64,000 bases of DNA from an uncultured bacterium (GTDB lineage Bacteria > Acidobacteriota > HRBIN11 > JAKEFK01), in contig CAVZQN010000003.1 of NCBI GenBank assembly GCA_963777505.1, forward strand, positions 128,001 through 192,000, written 5' to 3'. Below are positions 20,038 through 29,641 of the stretch, in pieces. The translations under genes were made by a program, and so were the position numbers. Within the stretch, counting starts at the first letter, position 1, and each line of letters opens with the position of its first letter. The notes beneath the pieces are model-generated. The model did not search any database. It was given only the letters and a program-made list of their open reading frames with translations, and was not told the DNA's origin.

Positions 20038-21597
20038 ATGTACAGCTTATCGTCTTTTTTTCGGCGTAAGTCTGTTTTAGGACTCACACTTCAAGTTATT
20101 CTTGTTGCGTTCATATACTACTTTGCCGCTCGATTTGGTTTAACGCTGGCATTTCGTGAAACAAATGCTTCACCAGTCTGGCCTCCAACGGGTATCGCCT
20201 TCGCTGCTGTAATGCTATTAGGCTATCGGATTTGGCCTGCGATTTTTGTCGGTGCATTCTGCGCCAATTACATTACAAACCTGAATCCATGGGTTTGTTT
20301 TGCGATAGCTATTGGAAACACTCTGGAAGCTGCTGCAGGTGTATTCCTGTTTCAAAGATTTACTGGCGGCAAATCCATTGTTGATAATGTTAGGAACACT
20401 CTGACATTTCTGGTCCCAGTTGCAATGGGCTCCACAATGATTAGTGCGACCATTGGTGCGGTTAGCATTGTAATAGGAGGGTACTCGAGCGGAGCCCCTT
20501 TTAATTATGTTTGGTGGACATGGTGGCTCGGAGATACTGTTGGAAATATTGTTTTTGCTCCATTAATCTTAAGCCTGGCAAACTTCAAAACCATCCAATG
20601 GAATCCAAAATCATTTGGGGTTTTTGTCATCTTACTTTTGAGCTCGATCTGTCTTAGCTTTTTTGCTTTTGGTTCCTGGTTTGAACAAGGACGAATGTTT
20701 CTTTACTTTACTCTGGCTATAGTCATCATTTCACCTTTTCATCTTTCGGTTCTGGCGACCACAATTCTCTCAACTTTAGTTTCAATGATTGCCGTATGGG
20801 GAACAACTTCGGGATATGGTCCATTTATTCTTGAGAATATGAATGAATCGCTGCTTTTTTTGCAACTCTATGTTGGAACTATTGCTGCAACTGGCCTCAT
20901 CCTCTGTGCCGTATTAAACGAAAGAGAAAAAGCACTTAATGATTTGCTTACAACACAGAAGAAGGCTACATCAGTCGCCGCTGAGAAAACAGTTTTATTG
21001 AAAGAACTCAATCATAGGGTTAAGAATAATCTTCAAATCATCATTAGCTTGCTCAATATGCATGAACAAAGAATTGTAACTGCGGAAGCAAAGCCCATTT
21101 TCAAGGAATGCATAGACAGGATCATGGGGATTAATAGTATCCATCAATCTCTTTTTCAATCGACGCAGCCAGATTTTGTGGATCTTTCGGAATATCTACC
21201 TTTTCTTGCGAAGAATCTTGTCGGTACTCATCAATCGGATACATCCAAAATAAGAATCGAAATTACCGGAGAACGGATATCGATCCATAATGAGAAAGCA
21301 ATGCCTATAGGGATGATTTTGAATGAATTAGTAGTTAACTCGATTAAGCATGCTTTCTTGTCTGAGCAGGAGGGGTTGATCTCTTTAAATCTGAAGAGCA
21401 ATGGTGGGAAAATTGTTTTGTCTTATTCAGATAACGGGCTGGGGATTCGGACGGCCATCAGGCGCGGAGATTCTGGTTCCATAGGCATGCAGATTATTAA
21501 TCTGTTAGTGAAGCAACTAAATGGAAGCATTCATTTTGATACTTCCAGCTCAGGTTCGATCTATAAAATTGAATTGCCCACAGATGTACAGAATTGA
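20038..21597 (+). CDS. MASE1-domain membrane histidine kinase (HisKA_2 type)
   Basis: SPVWPPTG, WWLGDTVG, ELNHRVKNNLQ, DNGLG. Confidence 0.92.
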   Translation: MYSLSSFFRRKSVLGLTLQVILVAFIYYFAARFGLTLAFRETNASPVWPPTGIAFAAVMLLGYRIWPAIFVGAFCANYITNLNPWVCFAIAIGNTLEAAAGVFLFQRFTGGKSIVDNVRNTLTFLVPVAMGSTMISATIGAVSIVIGGYSSGAPFNYVWWTWWLGDTVGNIVFAPLILSLANFKTIQWNPKSFGVFVILLLSSICLSFFAFGSWFEQGRMFLYFTLAIVIISPFHLSVLATTILSTLVSMIAVWGTTSGYGPFILENMNESLLFLQLYVGTIAATGLILCAVLNEREKALNDLLTTQKKATSVAAEKTVLLKELNHRVKNNLQIIISLLNMHEQRIVTAEAKPIFKECIDRIMGINSIHQSLFQSTQPDFVDLSEYLPFLAKNLVGTHQSDTSKIRIEITGERISIHNEKAMPIGMILNELVVNSIKHAFLSEQEGLISLNLKSNGGKIVLSYSDNGLGIRTAIRRGDSGSIGMQIINLLVKQLNGSIHFDTSSSGSIYKIELPTDVQN

Positions 21598-21616
21598 AAT
21601 AGGTCGTTTATCTTAA

Positions 21617-21814
21617 TTACTCTTCAATCCGGATTTCTACAGTTGCAAGCTCAACTTTTAAGACATCGAATAAGAAAAATCTGATTGTCTGCTTAGACAA
21701 AAGTTGTGGCTTTTTGGCAACAAAGATGGCTGCGCGATTTCGAATCTGAAGCAAGAGTGTAGTTGGCAGCGCTTCAAAGAGTGATGAAAGTAAACGTTGT
21801 AAGGATTCCCTCAT
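21617..21814 (-). CDS. Small hypothetical protein (65 aa)
   Basis: Strong SD (GAGGAGG) just upstream of the ATG; convergent with the kinase. Confidence 0.5.
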   Translation of the reverse strand: MRESLQRLLSSLFEALPTTLLLQIRNRAAIFVAKKPQLLSKQTIRFFLFDVLKVELATVEIRIEE

Positions 21815-21934
21815 TTTCCCTCCTCGTAAATCTTAATTATGCCTACCCTGATAGGCACATCGAGTGTTGAAAAGTCTAGCATATTCCATGAATTAGTCAA
21901 AACTCGAGACAGAGGATCCTGGAGGAGAGCTCCG

Positions 21935-22057
21935 AACACGGATAAACACGGATAATCACTTCGGATAACCTGTTCTCGCTGCCAGCAGCTATCCGTGTTC
22001 ATCCGTGACATCCGTGGTTAAATCCGTGTTCTATGTTCTTTGCGTCTTTGCGGTTAA
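21935..22057. repeat. Composite nonamer repeat element (CACGGAT arms plus CGCAAAG unit); 'empty' form
   Basis: aacacggataaacacggataa ... gctgccagcagc ... a 45-bp arm (21990-22034) identical to 28075-28119, then ctttgcgtctttgcggttaa. Confidence 0.9.
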
Positions 22058-22210
22058 TCTTCGTTCTTGGATTGGATTTCAAAGATTTGAATTAGTTGAT
22101 GTCCGCCGTTGTAGTAGTAACATTTCGGTTTTGCAATTCACTGGCAATCCCTTGCAACTCCCAACATCCTGATCGCACTTTGTGACAAACCTCCTAATTT
22201 CATTATCGTC

Positions 22211-22226
22211 TGGCATTACGCTTGCT
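22211..22226 (+). promoter_or_regulatory. Sigma54 -24/-12 promoter
   Basis: TGGCAT-TACGC-TTGCT upstream of the TonB-dependent receptor. Confidence 0.8.
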
Positions 22227-22300
22227 CCATCGTTGGACGGAACAGATGCGATCTGTTACTACAAGGTTCGAATGAACAAATTCTAATTAATGGAGGAAGC

Positions 22301-25225
22301 ATGAGGAATCGGATTTTGCTGCTGTTTGCAATGTTTATTCTTGCGATTGCAGCACCCGTTATGGCACAGGTGGCAACGAAAACGGGCTCAATTTACGGCA
22401 AAGTTCTTGATGATAAGGAATCTCCGCTTCCAGGCGTTCAGATAACGCTTGAATCGGAAGTAATTCCCGCACAAACTGCGACCTCGGGTGGCTCTGGCAG
22501 TTTTCGATTTGCAAATTTACCTCCCGGTATTTATTCGGTGAATCTCTCAATTGAAGGATTTACTGAAGTTCGGCAGGAAGAAGTCCGCGTTAGTACCGGT
22601 TCACAGGTTCAACTTGAAATCACAATGAGACCTTCCCTTGCGGAAGAATTTACAGTCATTGGCGAAACACCGATTGTTGATTCAAAGAAAACAGGACAAG
22701 CAGATACATTCAATCGTGATTATCTTGAAGACGTTCCCAGTGGTCGTGATCCCTGGGTCATTATCGATCAAACAACAGCAATTGATGCAGATCGATACAA
22801 TGTTGCCGGCTCAGAATCAGGTCAACAAGCAGGTTTTGTTGCCAGAGGCGGCAGCGAAGACAACACCATCTGGAATTTTGACGGTGTAAATGTTACGGAT
22901 CCATCGGCATTAGGAGCATCACCCAGTTATTTCGATTTTGATGCGTTCGAAGAACTCCAAATTTCCACCGGCGGCAACGATGCTTCCATTCCAACCGGTG
23001 GAGTCGCAGTTAATATCGTTACCAAACGAGCAGGTAATAAGTGGGAAGGCGGCGGATCATTCTTTTTTGTGAATGAAAGTCTGCAAGGTACCAATACACC
23101 TGATGAGCTCCTGGCACTTGGAGTTGAAAAGTCTAACAGGATTGATGAAATCAAAGATTATGGCGTTGATATTGGCGGACCACTTCTGAAAGACAAACTA
23201 TTTGTTTGGGGTGCATACCGGAAAAATGAAATCGGCTTAGTAACAACCGCGAATCTTCCCGATTTTACTGAGCTTACAATTTTTAATTCAAAAGGAAACA
23301 TAAGCTGGAATTCTTCACACGAATCACAACTCGGCTACAACAACGATAATAAAAAGAAAACAGGACGTGCTGCCATCGGCGTGGCTGTGCAAGCTCCGGA
23401 GACGCTCTGGACACAAAGCGGCTCAGAAGAAATACTCCAGGGCATCTGGACTGCTCAGCATACCTGGATTCCAAACGATCGAACTATTCTCACTGCAAGA
23501 TACGGATATAACGGCAATGGATTTTCGCTCGTTCCTCAAGGCGGAAAAGACATCCCGATGATTTATCTTGCTGCGATTCCGCGATGGGAAGATACAATTT
23601 TTTATGTTTCTCCAATCGATCGTCCTGGGAAGGACTTCAGCGCAGATGTGAATTACTTTAAAGAAAACGTGATCGGCGGTGATCATGAATTCCGTTTTGG
23701 GTTTGAGTATAAGACCGATTCTCTTCATACGTTCAGCAGCTATGGAAACGGATTGTTCATCATTGATTACTATCAGGATGTTCCAAGTGGGGCGCTTACA
23801 TCGGGCGTACTACAGGCACAACATCTGATTGATGGAAGAAATCGTATTGATCGTACCAGCTTTTATGCGACCGATACTTTCAGACGCGATCGTCTCACTT
23901 TAAATCTTGGTTTCCGGTTCGATCACCAAACGGGTGAAAATGAAGCATCAACAATTCCAGCAGTACCTGGATTTGAAACTTTTGTTGGCGCATTTGAATT
24001 TCAAGGGAATGATCCTGGAATCGATTTTAATAATCTGTCACCACGTCTTGGCGCAACATTCGATGTTTCAGGTGACGGCAAAACATTGATTCGTGGAAAC
24101 TTTGCACGATACTACGACACTTTTAATCCAGCGTATCTCACACATGTAAATCCAACCTTTATAGTCAACGGAGCAAGCTTTGACTATGTCAACGCAAATG
24201 GTGATCGTGTCATTACGCCAGATGAGATCGTGTCAGCTCCTTCGTATTTTGGTGGCTTGAATGGACCCAACTTTGATTTGGATGCTTTTCTGCAAACCAG
24301 ATTAATTGATGAAGATTTTCGCAATTCAAATTCTTGGGAATATCTGATTGGTTTCGAAAGACAGCTCATGACAGATCTTTCCTTTGGCGTTACGTATACA
24401 CATCGCGATTATCGTGACACAACTGCGATTCTGCCTGTGGGTGTATCGGCAAATGATTTCGTTCAGTCAGGTGTGTTTGAACAAAATACTGTTTTAGGAT
24501 CGTTTTCTGTTCCGGTATACACACTTGGTTTTGAACATGATGGCCGTTCAATCCTGACGAACGTCAATGATTACAAAACCAGTTACAACGGTGTTGATAT
24601 TACTGTTCGTAAGAGGATGTCAGACAACTTCATGGTCAATGGAAGTTTGACTTTGCAAAAGCAGAAAGCAAATTTTGACGGCGGTGATTCGGCTGGTTTT
24701 TACATGAACGACGGCGGATTATCCGGTTCAACTTTTCCATATGATCCGGGACAGTTGAAATTTCTTGATGACCTTCCATATGCGTTTGCACCTGGCGGTA
24801 GTGGTAAATCAGGTGTGTATCCATATTCAGAATGGCAATTGAAGGTGAGTGGCGCGTATCAATTCGGATGGGACATCAGTGTTGGAGCTTTCGCACGTTA
24901 TCAACAAGGTTACCCATATGTGGTCTTCGGCGCAGTTACCGATTCTTCATTGCTTGGTGTTCTCGGCACAAGCACGCATCGAATTCTTGTTGAGCCTTTC
25001 GGAAGTAGGCGATTCGATAACACATTCACACTCGATCTTCAGTTTGAAAAAGGATTGGAGTTTGGAAGTTACGGAAGGCTCGCTTTAATGGCGAATTTGT
25101 TCAACGTAACGAATAGCAACGCGATTATCCGGCGCGTTCGAAGTGTGGCGGCCGCTAACTTCAATACGATTGAAGAAAATATTTCACCGCGCGCACTCCG
25201 TCTTGGGATCCGATACAGCTTTTAA
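22301..25225 (+). CDS. TonB-dependent receptor, Oar-like, with carboxypeptidase-regulatory N-domain
   Basis: Signal peptide, GSIYGKVLD...LPGV, plug domain (NIVTKR), beta-barrel ending LGIRYSF; GGAGG RBS. Confidence 0.93.
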   Translation: MRNRILLLFAMFILAIAAPVMAQVATKTGSIYGKVLDDKESPLPGVQITLESEVIPAQTATSGGSGSFRFANLPPGIYSVNLSIEGFTEVRQEEVRVSTGSQVQLEITMRPSLAEEFTVIGETPIVDSKKTGQADTFNRDYLEDVPSGRDPWVIIDQTTAIDADRYNVAGSESGQQAGFVARGGSEDNTIWNFDGVNVTDPSALGASPSYFDFDAFEELQISTGGNDASIPTGGVAVNIVTKRAGNKWEGGGSFFFVNESLQGTNTPDELLALGVEKSNRIDEIKDYGVDIGGPLLKDKLFVWGAYRKNEIGLVTTANLPDFTELTIFNSKGNISWNSSHESQLGYNNDNKKKTGRAAIGVAVQAPETLWTQSGSEEILQGIWTAQHTWIPNDRTILTARYGYNGNGFSLVPQGGKDIPMIYLAAIPRWEDTIFYVSPIDRPGKDFSADVNYFKENVIGGDHEFRFGFEYKTDSLHTFSSYGNGLFIIDYYQDVPSGALTSGVLQAQHLIDGRNRIDRTSFYATDTFRRDRLTLNLGFRFDHQTGENEASTIPAVPGFETFVGAFEFQGNDPGIDFNNLSPRLGATFDVSGDGKTLIRGNFARYYDTFNPAYLTHVNPTFIVNGASFDYVNANGDRVITPDEIVSAPSYFGGLNGPNFDLDAFLQTRLIDEDFRNSNSWEYLIGFERQLMTDLSFGVTYTHRDYRDTTAILPVGVSANDFVQSGVFEQNTVLGSFSVPVYTLGFEHDGRSILTNVNDYKTSYNGVDITVRKRMSDNFMVNGSLTLQKQKANFDGGDSAGFYMNDGGLSGSTFPYDPGQLKFLDDLPYAFAPGGSGKSGVYPYSEWQLKVSGAYQFGWDISVGAFARYQQGYPYVVFGAVTDSSLLGVLGTSTHRILVEPFGSRRFDNTFTLDLQFEKGLEFGSYGRLALMANLFNVTNSNAIIRRVRSVAAANFNTIEENISPRALRLGIRYSF

Positions 25226-25228
25226 GTA

Positions 25229-25340
25229 TGACTGGAGGCCGGGCTTCGCGGTGGTGGGGCGCGGAAGCCTGGCCTCAGACAGCAGATTATTATGAGGCCC
25301 GGGTTTCGTACCCCACCACCGCAAACCCGGGCCTCAATCA
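25229..25340. repeat. Inverted doublet of hairpin units (REPIN-like) with conserved GGTGGTGGGG loop
   Basis: Unit A (25229-25277) resembles the reverse complement of unit B (25293-25340); each has a 13-14 bp stem. Confidence 0.85.
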
Positions 25341-25374
25341 AGTAGTTCTCATGGCTCTCGCATAGAAGAGAGTT

Positions 25375-25407
25375 GGCGGTGCAGAATTGGCTGCACCGCC
25401 TTTTTTT
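25375..25407 (+). terminator. Rho-independent terminator
   Basis: GGCGGTGCAG-aattgg-CTGCACCGCC followed by T7. Confidence 0.85.
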
Positions 25408-25411
25408 GTGT

Positions 25412-25435
25412 GGCCGGCACAAGACCGGCCCCTAC
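25412..25435 (-). repeat. GTAG-type REP element
   Basis: Reverse complement reads GTAG-GGGCCGGTCTTGTGCCGGCC. Confidence 0.75.
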
Positions 25436-25462
25436 TTTGTCTTAGGGTCTGGTTGTGATGAA

Positions 25463-26638
25463 ATGAAAATGAAAATGTTGATCTTGCAGTGGTTACAAAG
25501 ACGTTCGCCGCAATCACGTTTGTGGCTCATCAGCCTTGCATTCTGGACATTTTTTGGACTTACAAATTTCATCCTTTCATATTTCCGGCATCCGGAATCA
25601 TTTCCATGGTACAAAGATTTATCGCTTCAACTTCTTTTTTGGTACCTGCATGTTCCGGCCCTGCCAATCGTTAGCTGGCTTTGGAATCGATTTCCTGTTG
25701 TACCTCCGCATCGTGTCCGCGCTTTCCTGATGCATTGTCTTTTTAGCTTCGTGTTTGTCATTTCGTTTTGTGTACTTCGCGTGTACTACGATGCAATCCA
25801 TCCCTTTCATGTCTTGGGATCAGATCCATCTGCATCTTTCTTGAATCGCTATGCCACTGTTTTCAGAGGCTCTATCACGATTATGTTTTTTGATTATTGG
25901 GCTTTCCTGGGTGCAGTGCTGGCCATTGATTATTATCAGAAGTTTCGTGAAGGAAAAAAGGAAGCGGCAGCTCTACAGCTCCGGGCTTTTCAACTTGAAA
26001 GCCAATTGGCCAAAGCTCAGCTTCAAACGCTAAGAATGCAATTAAATCCACATTTCCTTTTTAATACATTACATAGTATTTCTGCACTCGTGCGCGAAGA
26101 TAACAAAATTCTGGCCATACGAATGATTACAGAGCTTGGCGATCTTCTTCGCCAAACGCTTCAACTTTCTGGATCTCAAGAAGTCACATTGCGTGAGGAA
26201 CTTGAATTTCTAAAAAAATATTTGAACCTTGAACAAATTCGATTTCAGGATCGCTTACAGATTCAAATGTTGATTGAACCAGAAACAGTTTCTGCAAATG
26301 TTCCTTATTTGATTCTTCAGCCTTTAGTTGAAAATGCGATTCGTCATGGAATTTCACAGAGTCGAAAGGCTTCGTTAATCGAAGTTCGGACTAGCAAACA
26401 GAATGGAAATCTTGTCATGCAGGTTCGCGATAATGGTCCAGGCCTTCCTATCGATTGGAAAGGCTGGAACGGAAAGAGTATCGGATTGCCGAATATCAAG
26501 GCGAGGTTGGAGAGCTTGTATCAAAACTCATATCACTTTGAACTGAAGAATTCTGAAGAGGGAGGTGCTTTAGCAACCATCTCTATTCCATTTGCAAGCC
26601 GGCCGGATTTGAGTTTAGACAAAAAGGATACAGTATGA
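25463..26638 (+). CDS. LytS-family membrane sensor histidine kinase
   Basis: QLNPHFLFNTL, QPLVENAIRHG, DNGPG; start moved downstream of the repeats. Confidence 0.92.
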   Translation: MKMKMLILQWLQRRSPQSRLWLISLAFWTFFGLTNFILSYFRHPESFPWYKDLSLQLLFWYLHVPALPIVSWLWNRFPVVPPHRVRAFLMHCLFSFVFVISFCVLRVYYDAIHPFHVLGSDPSASFLNRYATVFRGSITIMFFDYWAFLGAVLAIDYYQKFREGKKEAAALQLRAFQLESQLAKAQLQTLRMQLNPHFLFNTLHSISALVREDNKILAIRMITELGDLLRQTLQLSGSQEVTLREELEFLKKYLNLEQIRFQDRLQIQMLIEPETVSANVPYLILQPLVENAIRHGISQSRKASLIEVRTSKQNGNLVMQVRDNGPGLPIDWKGWNGKSIGLPNIKARLESLYQNSYHFELKNSEEGGALATISIPFASRPDLSLDKKDTV

Positions 26639-27408
26639 CGCCTCTACGGGTTTTAATTGTTGATGATGAACCTCTTGCGAGAAGGACATTGCATTCCCTG
26701 TTGGAAAAAAAGGAAGATGTTGAAATCGTAGGAGAAACCTGTTGTGGTGAGGATGCGTTAGAAATAATCGAACGTGAAAAGCCTGACCTCATTTTTCTCG
26801 ATATTCAAATGCCCGAAATGAATGGATTTCAACTGCTGGAAAATATCCATCCTGATGAATTGCCTGAAATCATTTTTGTAACTGCATACGATGAATTTGC
26901 TCTAAAGGCATTTGAAGTTCATGCAGTTGATTATTTGTTAAAGCCATTTGATGATGATCGGTTTGAAAAGGCATTTGGTAGGGCGAGAGCCCAGGTCATG
27001 AAGCATCAAGCGAGTGGGGCAAAAGAGAAATTCATGTCTCTAATAAAAAGCTGGAGTGTTAATGAACAAATACGTCAGCCCGCTAAAAACAGAATATTCA
27101 TCAAAGAGCATGGCAGGATTTCATTTGTGCAAATCCAAGAAATTGATTGGATCGAGGCTTCGGATCAATATGTAACAGTGCATTCAGATTCCAGGACGTA
27201 TTTACTGAGAGAAAGTATGCAAGAGCTTGAAGCTCGCCTTCCGGCAGACCGGTTTTTTAGAATTCATCGTTCTTTTCTTGTGAACCTTGAAAGCGTAAAA
27301 GAGTTGCAAATAAACAAACAGGGTGATTACCACGCTGTCTTGCGGGATGGTAGTGTTTTGAAGGTTAGCCGCAGTCGTCGCACCGAGTTCGAGGAAGCCC
27401 TCCGTTAA
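26635..27408 (+). CDS. LytTR-family response regulator
   Basis: IVDDEPLAR, FVTAYDEFA, FFRIHRS, VSRSR; ATGA overlap with the kinase. Confidence 0.95.
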   Translation: MTPLRVLIVDDEPLARRTLHSLLEKKEDVEIVGETCCGEDALEIIEREKPDLIFLDIQMPEMNGFQLLENIHPDELPEIIFVTAYDEFALKAFEVHAVDYLLKPFDDDRFEKAFGRARAQVMKHQASGAKEKFMSLIKSWSVNEQIRQPAKNRIFIKEHGRISFVQIQEIDWIEASDQYVTVHSDSRTYLLRESMQELEARLPADRFFRIHRSFLVNLESVKELQINKQGDYHAVLRDGSVLKVSRSRRTEFEEALR

Positions 27409-27414
27409 ATTTTC

Positions 27415-27466
27415 GGAGCGCGGGCATCCCTGCCCGCATTATGGGCCGCAGGCATCTTTGCCTGCA
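27415..27466. repeat. Two tandem REP-like hairpins
   Basis: GGAGCGCGGGC-atccct-GCCCGCA and GGGCCGCAGGC-atcttt-GCCTGCA, same order as 11568-11618. Confidence 0.85.
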
Positions 27467-27534
27467 TTTGCTCTTGCATACTTTTTTTCTGAATGTAAAA
27501 TTAGACATCTAATTTTGAATAGTAGAGGAGCGTA

Positions 27535-27810
27535 ATGGTTCGTGTTGATGTTCGTGATATGCGGGATGATTCATTCCAGCTCATCTTTCCCGTATATGCC
27601 CGTTCAATAGAAATTAGCGCAAATGAAATGTATGCCTTGCCTTGTTTGAACCTGGAAGAGTTTAAGAAGCTGATGGGCAATAAGCTTCGACCATTGCCTG
27701 ATGATGACTTCAAAACGTATCTGCAAGGTTTAACGGATCCACAGTGGGCGGAAGTTCGTTTCGCAATGGCACGAAACATCGCCCCTGGCAACGAACAAAT
27801 CTACCCCTGA
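27535..27810 (+). CDS. Small hypothetical protein (91 aa)
   Basis: GAGGAG RBS; plausible globular composition. Confidence 0.7.
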   Translation: MVRVDVRDMRDDSFQLIFPVYARSIEISANEMYALPCLNLEEFKKLMGNKLRPLPDDDFKTYLQGLTDPQWAEVRFAMARNIAPGNEQIYP

Positions 27811-28119
27811 ATAGAACTCAGAACACTGATTAACGCGGATTTAACGGATTCCCACGGATTTAATTGAACCACGGATACACACAGATCAACACGGATATAG
27901 CTCGCCAATAACTTCGACTTGCATTCTCCTGCTGCCGGCGGCCTTTCAGGCCTGAATTGAGCTAAAGCAAAAACAAAGACCGTTGATTTAAAGCTTCAAT
28001 GGACTTTCATAAGGGGGGACTTTGTTTTTGCTTTAGCTCAATTCAGCGCCCGCCGAAGGCGGGCCGCCGGCAGTTATCCGTGTTCATCCGTGACATCCGT
28101 GGTTAAATCCGTGTTCTAT
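27811..28119. repeat. Nested composite repeat element ('filled' form)
   Basis: ATAGAAC...GTTCTAT ends and CACGGAT arms enclose a palindromic insert. Confidence 0.9.
27940..28065. mobile_element. 126-bp MITE-like palindromic insert flanked by GCCGGC copies
   Basis: Perfect 27-bp inverted repeat (27952-27978 / 28020-28046), terminal mini-hairpins, GCCGGC at 27934-27939 and 28066-28071; no coding capacity. Confidence 0.6.
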
Positions 28120-28123
28120 TTCT

Positions 28124-28678
28124 TTAAGAGGCGGCACAATCAGGATTCACATCACTGTCTTGTTCGAAGATTTCTTCCAATGATCTTCCCGATTTTGCTG
28201 AATCCGGATTTTCTTCGACAAAGTCGATCTCGCGATCTGCAAATTCATCTCTGTCTTTCACAAGCAGCCATGCGTTTCCACGGCCTTTCATGTGAATCAA
28301 TCCCCAACGTCCTTTTGTTTTTTTTCCTTTTAAAACAAACTTTAAGGCTCCTAGTTTGAACGCTTGTTCCGGCGATTCAGGAGGCTTCTCTTTTTTTGAA
28401 CGCCCTTCAGGGATGAATTCATATTCGCCGTAATCCCACAACATCACTGGACCGGCGCCGTAATTTCCGGGAGGAATCACGCCTTCAAAAGGTCCATATT
28501 CCATTGCATGATCTGTTACAAGCATCGCTAATCGTTTATCGGCAGGATTGAGTGAAGGACCTTTTGGAATTGCCCAGGATTTTAATACGCCATCGATTTC
28601 TAATCGAAAGTCGTAGTGCAAATTGCGTCCTTTATGTTTTTGAATATAAAACTTTCGACGACGCTTTTTACTTTTCAA
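28124..28678 (-). CDS. Stand-alone LigD 3'-phosphoesterase domain protein
   Basis: IQKH, LHYDFRLEIDGVLKSWAIPKGPS, DH..EY..FEG.IP.GNYGAG.V.LWD.G. Confidence 0.92.
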   Translation of the reverse strand: MKSKKRRRKFYIQKHKGRNLHYDFRLEIDGVLKSWAIPKGPSLNPADKRLAMLVTDHAMEYGPFEGVIPPGNYGAGPVMLWDYGEYEFIPEGRSKKEKPPESPEQAFKLGALKFVLKGKKTKGRWGLIHMKGRGNAWLLVKDRDEFADREIDFVEENPDSAKSGRSLEEIFEQDSDVNPDCAAS

Positions 28679-29633
28679 TTCTTTGCGTCTTTGTGGTTAC
28701 AAGTTCCGGTGGAAGAGCAAAGTGAACATCTTCTTCAACTGTTATGAGCGGCTGAATTTCAGTAAATCCAAAATCGTGCAAGTGATTCATTACTTTCGCA
28801 ACAAGTAATTCAGGAGAAGACGCCCCTGCAGTAATGCCAACACTCTGAACATTTTCCAGCCATTCAGGTTGAATTGCTTCCGCATCATCTACAAGATAGG
28901 CTCTGGTTCCCGATTTTTCAGAAACTTCAACCAGTCTGTTCGAATTGGAACTGTTCTTCGAACCGATGACAAGTACCAGATCAACATTTCCAGCAACCTG
29001 TTGAATTGCTACTTGACGATTTTGAGTTGCATAACAAATGTCATCAACTGCAGGCCCTTTGATTTTCGGAAATCGTTCGCGAAGACGATTTACGATTCCA
29101 CGTGTATCATCCAGACTCAAAGTTGTTTGGGTTAGAAATGCTAATTTTTCCGGATCCTTTGGTTCCAAACGATCGGCCTCTTCCACCGATCCGATCAATA
29201 CCATATTGTCTGGAGCTTCACCGAGTGTTCCAATTACTTCTTCGTGACCTTCATGTCCAATCAGAATAATTGTGTAACCCTCTTTCTTATATCGAATTGC
29301 TTCAAGATGCACTTTCGTAACCAGCGGACAAGTTGCATCAATTGCCATTAGTTGTCGTTTCGTCGCAATGTTTCGAATCTCAGGTGAGATGCCATGTGCG
29401 CTGAAAATTACACGCGAACCGGAAGGTACATCTTCTAAACTTTTTACAAACTTTACGCCCTTTGACCGGAGTTCATCTACCACGTAGCGGTTGTGAACGA
29501 TTTCATTGAGAACATAGATAGGACTACCGTACGCTTCGAGAGCCAGATTTACGATATCGATTGCCCGAACAACACCGGCGCAAAATCCACGTGGGGTTGC
29601 CAGAACGATACGCTTTCCCATTGTCTTTTCCAC
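28668..29633 (-). CDS. ispH: 4-hydroxy-3-methylbut-2-enyl diphosphate reductase
   Basis: PRGFCAGV, IVHN, DATCPLVTKVH, DICYATQNRQ, SSNSNRL, TAGASSP. Confidence 0.97.
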   Translation of the reverse strand: MEKTMGKRIVLATPRGFCAGVVRAIDIVNLALEAYGSPIYVLNEIVHNRYVVDELRSKGVKFVKSLEDVPSGSRVIFSAHGISPEIRNIATKRQLMAIDATCPLVTKVHLEAIRYKKEGYTIILIGHEGHEEVIGTLGEAPDNMVLIGSVEEADRLEPKDPEKLAFLTQTTLSLDDTRGIVNRLRERFPKIKGPAVDDICYATQNRQVAIQQVAGNVDLVLVIGSKNSSNSNRLVEVSEKSGTRAYLVDDAEAIQPEWLENVQSVGITAGASSPELLVAKVMNHLHDFGFTEIQPLITVEEDVHFALPPELVTTKTQRIEK

Positions 29634-29641
29634 GGAGCTAA

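Noticed and set aside
21811-22011. 66-aa ORF
   Set aside because: Its N-terminal half is translated repeat sequence and it has no RBS.
22142-22156. Second sigma54 promoter TGGCAATCCCTTGCA
   Set aside because: GG-GC spacing is 9 nt rather than the required 10.
21935-28119. CRISPR array from the CACGGAT repeats
   Set aside because: The period is 9 nt with no unique spacers, the arms are inverted, and there are no cas genes.
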